Program-made: the position numbers and the translations under genes
Shown here: one piece after another, positions 1 through 8,555 of the stretch
How positions within the stretch are numbered: the stretch's first letter is position 1
Layout: every line of letters starts with the position of its first letter
Source: Anaerolineae bacterium
GTDB taxonomy: Bacteria > Chloroflexota > Anaerolineae > Anaerolineales > UBA11858
Length of the DNA stretch: 47,716 nt
Reading direction: 5' to 3'
Assembly: GCA_011176615.1 (NCBI GenBank)
Contig: DUEG01000005.1
Location: forward strand, 1 to 47,716
The notes under the pieces: model-generated
Seen by the model: only the letters and a program-made list of their open reading frames with translations
Database searches by the model: none
What the model was told of the DNA's origin: nothing

Positions 1-38
1 CCGAGAAGTAATGTGTTCTTGTTAATGAGAATGCTCAT
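1..38 (-). CDS. sucD: Succinyl-CoA synthetase alpha subunit, 5' fragment (runs off window)
   Basis: ATG overlaps the sucC stop (ATGA) and reads [12 protein letters not shown], resembling SucD N-termini; canonical sucC-sucD order. Confidence 0.75.
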   Translation of the reverse strand, partial: MSILINKNTLLL

Positions 39-1177
39 TTAGCACCTCCAATTGCGGCATCTACTGCTTTGTGTGCCGCGTCTGTAAGGGTTTCAGCAGT
101 GATCATATTTGCACCTGTTAGTATTTTTCTTCCTTCTTTTGCATTTGTGCCAACCAGGCGTGCTACTATTGGAACTTTTGGTTTGACTTCATCCAGTGAT
201 TGCAAAATTCCTTTAGCAACTTCATCAACTCGCGTAATACCACCAAAAATATTAATTAGAACTGCTTTGATATTTGGTTCCGAGAGAATAATACGAAGGG
301 CAGCAGCAACTTTTGTGGCTCCCGCGCCTCCTCCAATATCAAGGAAGTTAGCAGGTTCTCCACCATAAAGTTTGATGACATCCATGGTTGTCATTGCCAA
401 ACCTGCGCCATTTACCAAGCACCCAATATTACCATCAAGTTTTATATAAGAAAGACCATATTTACGGGCTTCGATTTCTTCAGCTGCCTCTATGTCCAAA
501 TCTCGCATTTCTGCTAAATCTGGATGTCTAAATAATGAATTGTCATCTAAGACCATTTTTCCATCTACAGCGATCAATTCCCCTTCATCAGTAATTACAA
601 GTGGGTTAATCTCAGCAAGTGTTGCGTCGGAATTTTTGTAAGCCTGCCATAGACCATGAGTAATTTTGGCGAAGGAGCGCCAATGTTTTTGAGGCAAGTT
701 TATACCGCTTGCTAAATCACGGGTTTGGTAGTCCCTTAATCCAAGAAGAGGGTCAATATGAACTTTAATTATTTTTTCTGGGGAAGTCCGGGCTACTTCT
801 TCGATTTCAATACCGCCTTCAGACGAAGCCATGAGAACAGGTTTTCGAGCCATGCGATCGTTTGTGATTCCAAGATAAATTTCTTTGTTGATGCTAACTG
901 CTTTGTCAATCAAAACCTTTCTGACAGGTAATCCTTTGATCTCCATACTTAAGATTTGAGTGGCAATTTCTTCGGCTTCGGTAGCATTTTTTGCTAATTT
1001 TATGCCGCCAGCCTTACCGCGGCCTCCTACGAGAACCTGAGATTTAATAACAACGCGGCCACCGATATCTTCTGCAATTTTTTTTGCTTCTGTTGAAGTA
1101 GCCGCTACTTTCCCGTTTGGGATTGGAACTCCGTATTTGGCAAATATTCTTTTTGATTGATATTCATGTAATTTCAT
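35..1177 (-). CDS. sucC: Succinyl-CoA synthetase beta subunit (ADP-forming)
   Basis: MKLHEYQSK start, [43 protein letters not shown]; SD GGGAG 9 nt upstream. Confidence 0.97.
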   Translation of the reverse strand: MKLHEYQSKRIFAKYGVPIPNGKVAATSTEAKKIAEDIGGRVVIKSQVLVGGRGKAGGIKLAKNATEAEEIATQILSMEIKGLPVRKVLIDKAVSINKEIYLGITNDRMARKPVLMASSEGGIEIEEVARTSPEKIIKVHIDPLLGLRDYQTRDLASGINLPQKHWRSFAKITHGLWQAYKNSDATLAEINPLVITDEGELIAVDGKMVLDDNSLFRHPDLAEMRDLDIEAAEEIEARKYGLSYIKLDGNIGCLVNGAGLAMTTMDVIKLYGGEPANFLDIGGGAGATKVAAALRIILSEPNIKAVLINIFGGITRVDEVAKGILQSLDEVKPKVPIVARLVGTNAKEGRKILTGANMITAETLTDAAHKAVDAAIGGAK

Positions 1178-1237
1178 AAAATATTACTCCCGAGAAATTA
1201 ATGGAGGTGCATATAGAAGTTAATAGTTAATAAAGAA

Positions 1238-1246
1238 ATTATACCA
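1238..1246 (-). promoter_or_regulatory. Extended -10 promoter (TGgTATAAT) for sucCD
   Basis: attatacca on + equals TGGTATAAT on -, about 60 bp upstream of the sucC ATG. Confidence 0.55.
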
Positions 1247-1402
1247 TGCAAGAAAATCAAAACTATTAGCCAAAAGCAATATAATCCTTATGTCATATGT
1301 CAATAGTTTTAGTATTTTTAGTGAAGATTCTTGTGCTTAAGGATATTTGGAAAGTAATCTACCAAGCGCAAAAGAGGAAACTTTTAATGCACTGATACTG
1401 GT

Positions 1403-4400
1403 TTAATCTTTGGATTCTGGTTCCAAGGAAAAATGGAGCACTCGATGATTGCCGGTATCAACTACCCAAACACCTCCTTGTTTATCAACAGCCAATCCTG
1501 TAGGCAGATTCAAACCATCGGGACCGCTTCCATAATCACCCCAGTATTTAATAAAATTACCATCTGTATCGAATTCTAAAATGCGATATCCCTCGGGATC
1601 ACTAATATATAACTGATTATTTTTGGAGATAGCCAAATAGGGTTTGTTATCAAGCGATTGTCCATACCATCCACTAATTTCCCATTCTTTATCAGCAGTA
1701 AATGATGTGAACGTGTTGTCAGTTACGAATCTTTGGATTCGTTGATTCCAGGTGTCGGCTACGAAAATACGACCTTCATTATCAATTGCTATTCCGACAG
1801 GTTCGTCGAATTGCCCGCTCATTAGACCAGCAGATCCAAATTGGTTAATATAGTCTCCATCGCTGGTAAATATCACAATTCTTTTATTCCCTGTATCCGT
1901 TACAAATATACGGTTTTGAGAATCGACTTTGATATCCCTAGGGCCCCAAAATGCTGTGGGTTCTTCTCCTTGACCGAAGAAGCCCCACTGTTCGATGAAA
2001 TTTCCCGCTTCGTCAAATTTCTGTATTCGGTGGTTCCATGTATCTGCTACATATACATTATTGTTGTTATCTACAGCGATTCCCCAAGGCTCATAAAAAG
2101 TTCCTGGTTGAGCATTTCCGGTAGGTATATCAGCAAATGACCCCCACATGTTGATGAATTCACCTTGCGCAGAAAGATGTTGAATCCGATGATTCCCAGT
2201 ATCAGCAACATAGAGGGAGCCATCAGGTGCGATTGCAATATTCCTTGGGGATTCAAACTTACCAGCATCTGTTCCTTCGCCGCCAATAACGATGTCTGGA
2301 ATTAATTTTAACCCTTTACCTTCATAAGGATCTGCTTTTATCTCTTCTTTGGAGACAGGAGATAAGCCTAGATTCCAGACTTTTGAAGCAATATCTTTGC
2401 GAACATAAAGACGCATGCGATCAGAGGGAGACCAATTTTGCAAGCTAATATCCTTGTTAGTTAACTCAAAATACTTCGTATAGTCGTGATTGAACCAAAT
2501 TTGAAAAATCGCATTGCGCATTTCGCGATCAAATAAAGCGTTCTTTATACGTTCCCAAGTAAGATTGAAATAATCTTGATTTGGCCACCAAATTCTAATA
2601 TAGTCGAATTGAAAGTATGCCTGACCAACAACGGGCGTTAATTTATCGAAATTTTTATTACCAACGAGAATTACTGGGGCGTCACGAAGATCTCTTGTTG
2701 GGTTTTCGCCATAGTATTTTTGGTTGGGAAAATTACGTAAATACCACCAGAATGGGTAAGTCGTTTCATCATCATAGGCAACAAGCATTGACAAACTATC
2801 AGTTGTTCTTTCTGATAATTCTTTAATTTGCTCAAAAGCCTCTTTGGGTCCTCTAGCCATATGGGCATAGACAAGATACTCTGTTGGATTGTTGTAATTA
2901 ATGTAAGAAGCCATAAAGGATGTTCTTGCAGTTAATATTGCCAAAAAGCCAAACATTGTAATTGCAAACACACGTCCAAATTCTGTTAAATCCCATTTAT
3001 TTATTAATATTGCTAACCAAATCCCAGAAGATATTACGATTATAGAAGAAACCAAGAACAAACTCGTTGAAGATAATTGGGATAGGTCATCTCCTTGAAA
3101 TGGTGGGTTTGAACCTTCAAAAACGGCTAAAACTTTTGATAAACTTAGCAAAAAAACAAATAAGAGACCAAGTGTGATCAAACCTTGGTTTTCACGGAAA
3201 TATGACCAATCAACATGCTCAATTAATTTACCAATTGTCCAACCTGCAAGTAGAATCATTGGCCAGACAATATGGAACGTGAGCCATGGCATTTTTTCCC
3301 CAGCAATTGTATAAGCAATAATACTAGTAATAATCCAAAAGCCGAGAAAAGGGATGAATAAATTGTCACTATTTATATTTTTGTGAATTTTGTGGCTATT
3401 TGTTGTAGGAATGTTTCTTCTTTTAATCGATACAAGCCATAATGCAATAATGCTGCCAAGCGCAGGAAGATATTCATAGAAAGGGATTTGAAGCCCAATA
3501 TAATAATACCAAGGTTGACTTCCTCTATTTACCCCTTGTTGTTCAAGCCAGTAACCTAAGGAGCCGACTAATCCTGTGAAGAAACCGTTCCCATTGGTGA
3601 AAAATGATGTATATAATAAAACAAATGGAATATAGAAAATTCCAGCATTAATCAACCATAATTTACGATTCCACAACAATCCAATTCCAATGGATATGAG
3701 CACCAATGGAATAACAAAAGCACCAGTTCTGAGCATTCCTTGATAACTATAATCTGTTGGATCCCATCCCATAAATTTTACAGGAAATGGAGCCAATTGT
3801 GGTAGAACAAGGGTCATTAATAGAATAATTAAACTAAACGACCGTTCCTTTTTTAATAAATCCCAGGAAAAGCCACGGATAGCAAAATATAACGCCACCA
3901 AAAGAGTCAAAACGATCAGGCTGAGGGGTAGGATTGTTAATAAAGGATTTGTTACTGCTGTTGTAACTTCGCTTGATTCTTGTGCAATTTCCGCTGTCGG
4001 GACAGTTGTAGAAGGAGAATTTGAAAAGAATTTAATCCCCATAAATGCAACGATTACAATTAGCGAGATTATCAAAAGTGAAATAAAAGGTTTTCGGTAT
4101 TGAGGGTTTTTCCAGTTTGCCTTTAAGATCGATGCGACAAAAACTAAACCAAGAAAAATCAAAGCCTGCGCTGTATAGATGAAAGCGGTTTCCTTTGTTG
4201 TAAAATGCAACATTGTGACAGCAGTAAGCCAATAGGTGTATTTGACCTTACCGGATTCTAAATAATTAAGAATAGCCCAAAGAGTGATTAATCCGAAAAC
4301 ACCTATAAATGCTTCATTACGCACATAACGACCATAATAAAGCATATAAGGTGAAATTAGAAATAAAAGCGCAGTGATTAGTGTGCCTATTTTCCCCAAA

Positions 4401-4756
4401 TATCTTTTGTAATTCCAGACGAAAGCAATCGTTAAAATACTAAATATAGCCGCAGGAATTCTTGCTGTGAAATCATTATCACCGAAGAAAAAATATGATA
4501 GAGCAACGAGATGGAATTGCAATGGTCCATGAGTAATGGGTGTGTGTGAATACCCCATGCCCTTATACAAGCGCCATGCATAATATACATGACTTGTCTC
4601 ATCATGGCTAATTGTTCTAGCACCCAGATTATAAAAGCGTGACACAATTGCTAACACAATTATCAAAATGAAGATAAAAGTCTCAATAGTAAAAAAATTG
4701 TTTTCGAGGAGGGGCTTGTCGAGCCAATTTAGTGATTTCCTTTCTTGATGTTCCAT
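1403..4756 (-). CDS. Multi-TM GT-C-fold glycosyltransferase-like protein (TIGR03663/Agl23-like) fused to a C-terminal NHL-repeat beta-propeller
   Basis: RFYNLG..HDE..H, HGPLQF, YYGRYVRNE and TKE motifs; many hydrophobic helices; six F..P.GIAVD...YVADT.NHRIQ-type repeats at the C-terminus. Confidence 0.8.
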   Translation of the reverse strand: MEHQERKSLNWLDKPLLENNFFTIETFIFILIIVLAIVSRFYNLGARTISHDETSHVYYAWRLYKGMGYSHTPITHGPLQFHLVALSYFFFGDNDFTARIPAAIFSILTIAFVWNYKRYLGKIGTLITALLFLISPYMLYYGRYVRNEAFIGVFGLITLWAILNYLESGKVKYTYWLTAVTMLHFTTKETAFIYTAQALIFLGLVFVASILKANWKNPQYRKPFISLLIISLIVIVAFMGIKFFSNSPSTTVPTAEIAQESSEVTTAVTNPLLTILPLSLIVLTLLVALYFAIRGFSWDLLKKERSFSLIILLMTLVLPQLAPFPVKFMGWDPTDYSYQGMLRTGAFVIPLVLISIGIGLLWNRKLWLINAGIFYIPFVLLYTSFFTNGNGFFTGLVGSLGYWLEQQGVNRGSQPWYYYIGLQIPFYEYLPALGSIIALWLVSIKRRNIPTTNSHKIHKNINSDNLFIPFLGFWIITSIIAYTIAGEKMPWLTFHIVWPMILLAGWTIGKLIEHVDWSYFRENQGLITLGLLFVFLLSLSKVLAVFEGSNPPFQGDDLSQLSSTSLFLVSSIIVISSGIWLAILINKWDLTEFGRVFAITMFGFLAILTARTSFMASYINYNNPTEYLVYAHMARGPKEAFEQIKELSERTTDSLSMLVAYDDETTYPFWWYLRNFPNQKYYGENPTRDLRDAPVILVGNKNFDKLTPVVGQAYFQFDYIRIWWPNQDYFNLTWERIKNALFDREMRNAIFQIWFNHDYTKYFELTNKDISLQNWSPSDRMRLYVRKDIASKVWNLGLSPVSKEEIKADPYEGKGLKLIPDIVIGGEGTDAGKFESPRNIAIAPDGSLYVADTGNHRIQHLSAQGEFINMWGSFADIPTGNAQPGTFYEPWGIAVDNNNNVYVADTWNHRIQKFDEAGNFIEQWGFFGQGEEPTAFWGPRDIKVDSQNRIFVTDTGNKRIVIFTSDGDYINQFGSAGLMSGQFDEPVGIAIDNEGRIFVADTWNQRIQRFVTDNTFTSFTADKEWEISGWYGQSLDNKPYLAISKNNQLYISDPEGYRILEFDTDGNFIKYWGDYGSGPDGLNLPTGLAVDKQGGVWVVDTGNHRVLHFSLEPESKD

Positions 4757-4835
4757 ACTTTCTCCCGTTTAAATTAATTTCAAATGTTTTATCAGTTATT
4801 TACTTTATTGAGAATTTCTATTACAAACAAATAAT

Positions 4836-5546
4836 TTATGATTTAAGGTCATGAATTTCTCTTTCTGACAAAAATCGCCACGATCCTGTTTTTAGATTCC
4901 CTAATCGGAGAGTTCCTATTCTAATTCTAATGATGCGTTTAACATACAAACCGGTAAGTTGTCCCATTTCTCGAATTTGGCGTTTTTTTCCTTCAAACAA
5001 AATTACAGAAAGCCAAGCGCCTTTGTCCTTGTGCGTACTCAATATCTTCACCTTGGCAGGAATAGTTCTATGTCCATCTAACAATACGATACCACTTTTC
5101 CATGCTTTAATCTGCTTGTCATCTGGGATTTTTGAGACTAAAACTTTGTACTCTTTTTCGTGTTGATAACGTGGGTGGGTTAATTTGTTTGTTAGTTCGC
5201 CATCGTTCGTGAGCAGGATTAAACCCTCACTATCAATGTCGAGCCGTCCTACGGGGTAAATATGGCCTAGATTTGGAATTAAATCAAGTACGGTTCTCCT
5301 ATTTTCCTTTGTCTTTGTAGTAGAAAGCACGCCTCGTGGTTTATTAAGGGCAATATAAATGTTTGATGCCGGTCCCTTAATTATCTTGTTATCAAGGGAA
5401 ATTTTGTCTTTTGATATATCAACTTTCATTCCGAGTTTTGCTTTTTTACCGTTTACGTAGACGCGACCATCAGAAATTAACTTTTCACAACTACGCCGAG
5501 ACCCTATACCGGCATGTGCGAGAAACTTTTGCAATCTTTCTTCCAT
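4836..5546 (-). CDS. rluB: rRNA pseudouridine synthase, RluB/RsuA family
   Basis: S4 domain ERLQKFLAHAGIGSRR, LNKPRG, catalytic VGRLDIDSEGL, EGKKRQIR. Confidence 0.9.
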   Translation of the reverse strand: MEERLQKFLAHAGIGSRRSCEKLISDGRVYVNGKKAKLGMKVDISKDKISLDNKIIKGPASNIYIALNKPRGVLSTTKTKENRRTVLDLIPNLGHIYPVGRLDIDSEGLILLTNDGELTNKLTHPRYQHEKEYKVLVSKIPDDKQIKAWKSGIVLLDGHRTIPAKVKILSTHKDKGAWLSVILFEGKKRQIREMGQLTGLYVKRIIRIRIGTLRLGNLKTGSWRFLSEREIHDLKS

Positions 5547-5648
5547 AGGATAAAACCTTAGATAAATTATAACGCAGACAGATTTTTCGGATTATTTCTC
5601 AATTAAATAAATAATATGGCTAATGAGATACTTTGTTCAAGATTATTA

Positions 5649-6620
5649 TTAATCACAAAAAGGACAAAGCACTTTCTCTTTGATAATTGTATTCTCTTCT
5701 ACTTTTGTTCCACTAAGAATCACAGATGATTGAATAGATACATTATCTTTTATTTCGCATCCTTTTTCTATGAACACCTCTGGACCGATGAAGCAGTTCT
5801 TACCAATCTTGACATTTGGTTCAATGTGAATAGGGGGAATGAATTGCGTAGATAAATTAATTAATTCTTTATCAAAAAGAATATTTAATTCATTGTTTCG
5901 TCTTAAGTAAGCGCGATTTACATTTAATAAGTCTTGGGGAGAAGTAACTGTATAACGCTCAGACACATGGTATCCATAAACTCCGCCTTCATCTTCAATC
6001 ATCATTTGGATTGCATCTTGAAGCTCAAATTCATTTCTTGGAGATATATCTATCTTGTCTAAATACCCCAATATTCTTTTAGAGAATCCATAAATTGGAA
6101 TGCTTCCTATATTGCTTGGCGCCTTATCCAGAGAAGGCTTTTCAACAATCCTCTTGATGGAATTGTCTCCGTTGAGCTCAACGATGCCACTTTTAGGAAT
6201 CATCTCATCGGGTAATGAAATAAGCGTTAACAGCCCATTATACTGTTTATTATTTCTCCATGTAGTGAGGAATCTGTTCAAGTCATCTAGAGGAATCAAA
6301 TTGTCACATGCAGAAAGGATAAAATTATTATTAATAACCTGTGATGCTTGTTTCAAGGCATGCGCCATCCCAAGTTGTTGGTCTTGAAAGACAAAAGTGA
6401 ATTTTATATCATACGAGGTATTTTTTTCTAAATGTGGACGAATACTCTTGTCATTAGGTCTGATAACAATTATAAATTCATGGATATCGTGTAAATAAAA
6501 GGATTCAATTACTCTTTCAACCATTGGTTTTCCAACAATAGGTTGCATTGCTTTCGATCGATATTGTGTCAGTAACCCCAATCGTTTTCCGCTACCAGCC
6601 GCTAATATTACTGCCTGCAT
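5649..6620 (-). CDS. Sugar-1-phosphate nucleotidyltransferase with C-terminal left-handed beta-helix
   Basis: AVILAAGSGKRL, QLGMAHAL, IVEKP, SPRNEFELQDAI; hexapeptide-like repeats at the C-terminus; start overlaps the kinase stop (TAATG). Confidence 0.88.
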   Translation of the reverse strand: MQAVILAAGSGKRLGLLTQYRSKAMQPIVGKPMVERVIESFYLHDIHEFIIVIRPNDKSIRPHLEKNTSYDIKFTFVFQDQQLGMAHALKQASQVINNNFILSACDNLIPLDDLNRFLTTWRNNKQYNGLLTLISLPDEMIPKSGIVELNGDNSIKRIVEKPSLDKAPSNIGSIPIYGFSKRILGYLDKIDISPRNEFELQDAIQMMIEDEGGVYGYHVSERYTVTSPQDLLNVNRAYLRRNNELNILFDKELINLSTQFIPPIHIEPNVKIGKNCFIGPEVFIEKGCEIKDNVSIQSSVILSGTKVEENTIIKEKVLCPFCD

Positions 6621-7789
6621 TAGATTAAACCAGTCTTATTTTCTTTATCTTTAATACTAAGACCTTGAACTGATATCTTTGGAGTATAGATAGAAGCATT
6701 TTGTAGGTTCAATTCCTTGATTTGTTTTTCCCAAACATCCGCTAGTTCGTTTTCTTTTCCAGGCTTGACCAATGCGTAGATAGAACCTCCTTGACCGGCG
6801 CCTGTAAGTTTTGCGCCTAACGCATGCTGATTTAAGGCGGTTTGAATTAATAGATTATTTAATCGTCCGGCGCCTTCTTGGAAACCGCAATAGTTCATCA
6901 TATCATTGACAACACCATGATTTAAGTTCATCATTTGACCAAAAGTTTCCATCTCGCTATTAAGTAACGCAATTTTTCCTTTCCAAGCCGTTTCCCAAAT
7001 TCTCTCCATATATTTAATCATCGGCGGCTTGGAACCACCCTTGTGATACCAAGTGTTATACTCCTCAAGATATTTTGTGCGCATCGCGTGATGTATATTT
7101 CCCGAATCGTGTTTAAGCCCTGTTGTTATTGCTACAAGGGAAAGTTTTCCTGCCCAACGATTTAAAATTTCATAAGTAGCGAATGGTTCCTGAGTGATAG
7201 ATTTATGAAAAAGTTTTCCGCGATAATCGATATATGCAAGACCACCGAAAATTGGCACATATCGATCCGCAAACCCGCATGTAATTCCTAATTCATTTTC
7301 CTCGATACGCTGAGTCATTTCTGCCAAAACATAGTTATTCATTATTTGTGTATCGAGGTGATAAAATTCGCGTAATGCGGCTAAGGTTAAAATAACGAAT
7401 AATGATGATCCGCCCAATCCGCTTTGTCGTGGTACTTCGCTCCATGTTGTAAGTCTAAAGCCACGTCTACAAATTTTGGATCTAAATTCAGGTGATATCT
7501 TTAAAAGAAAATTAAAAGCCCCCTTACAGAGTTTTGGCTCATCATCCATTGGTATAAGAGAATTTGATAACTCGCATTCAAAAACAGAATTTAGAGGAAA
7601 GTCCTTGGATTGATTATCATTGCCTGAGCCGGGCGCTCGCATTTCAAATACGATCTTGTCTGATGGTTCAATAATGGCATGAGCATAAAGAGATATTGCC
7701 ATTGAAATTGTTGCGAAATCACCCTCAACTGCATCGCTTGGATTTCCCAGTATGTTGATGCGTGCTGGTACCTTTAAATAATATGACAT
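6620..7789 (-). CDS. GHMP-family sugar kinase, glucuronokinase-like
   Basis: PARINILGNPSD, VPRQSGLGGSS, ELGITCGFADR, DSGNIH, GAKLTGAGQGG; the LGNPSD, PRQ and DSGxxH variants match plant glucuronokinase as I recall it. Confidence 0.8.
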   Translation of the reverse strand: MSYYLKVPARINILGNPSDAVEGDFATISMAISLYAHAIIEPSDKIVFEMRAPGSGNDNQSKDFPLNSVFECELSNSLIPMDDEPKLCKGAFNFLLKISPEFRSKICRRGFRLTTWSEVPRQSGLGGSSLFVILTLAALREFYHLDTQIMNNYVLAEMTQRIEENELGITCGFADRYVPIFGGLAYIDYRGKLFHKSITQEPFATYEILNRWAGKLSLVAITTGLKHDSGNIHHAMRTKYLEEYNTWYHKGGSKPPMIKYMERIWETAWKGKIALLNSEMETFGQMMNLNHGVVNDMMNYCGFQEGAGRLNNLLIQTALNQHALGAKLTGAGQGGSIYALVKPGKENELADVWEKQIKELNLQNASIYTPKISVQGLSIKDKENKTGLI

Positions 7790-7880
7790 TTCTCCTCCGC
7801 ATCTTTCCCGCGTGAATTAAATAATTGTATCTTGGAGGGAAAGGCAATTGGAATATATATGTGCGCCTAAGAAAGTGTAC

Positions 7881-8498
7881 TCAAAATTCGGATTTACCTA
7901 GTTCAGCATTTTCCTCAAATTGAACATGTTTGGAATTGTTATTCTCATTATTAATTTGGCTAGTACTATCATTATCGATGGGAGGAAGTTTTTCTAATGA
8001 TTCGAGACCAAAATACTTGAGAAAATCAGGTGTTGTTGTATATAATATTGGTCTTCCTGGACTATCTGCACGTCCGACATCTTCTATCAAGCCTTTGCTA
8101 AGCATATTTTGGATGACACTGTCACTGTTAACTCCACGGATTGAATCAACCTGTGGACGGGTGATTGGTTGTTTATAGGCAATAATTGCAAGGGTTTCAA
8201 GGGCAGCGCGGCTGAGTTTGCTGGTGGTTTCAATGTTTAGAAAAGTTTCTATAAGGTGAGAGATTTCAGGCGCGCTGATCAACTGAACATGATTTTTGTG
8301 CCTCTGAACGCGAATTCCTCGTATTTTTAAGTTGTTTTCTAAAATGCTGATTTGTTTTTCTATTTCGCGAGTGCTAAGATTTAACAATGCGGCTAATTGA
8401 TGAATGCTAATGGGCGATGGCGAAACAAAAAGGAGTGCCTCAATTTTTGCACAATAATCTAAACCATTTACAATTCTTTCGCTTATGTTGTTTGACAT
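7881..8498 (-). CDS. scpB: SMC-Scp complex subunit ScpB
   Basis: IEALLFVS, LSRAALETLAIIAYKQPITR, IRGVNS, GRPILYTTT..FLKYFGL. Confidence 0.95.
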   Translation of the reverse strand: MSNNISERIVNGLDYCAKIEALLFVSPSPISIHQLAALLNLSTREIEKQISILENNLKIRGIRVQRHKNHVQLISAPEISHLIETFLNIETTSKLSRAALETLAIIAYKQPITRPQVDSIRGVNSDSVIQNMLSKGLIEDVGRADSPGRPILYTTTPDFLKYFGLESLEKLPPIDNDSTSQINNENNNSKHVQFEENAELGKSEF

Positions 8499-8555
8499 GC
8501 TATAATTTGAAGGTTGTTTTTCTTGACTAGTTATTAAGATTGGGAGTTAATAATT

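Noticed and set aside
1420-2290. Repeated DNA units suggesting a CRISPR or tandem array
   Set aside because: The periodicity comes from degenerate NHL protein repeats; no identical spaced repeats were seen anywhere in the window.
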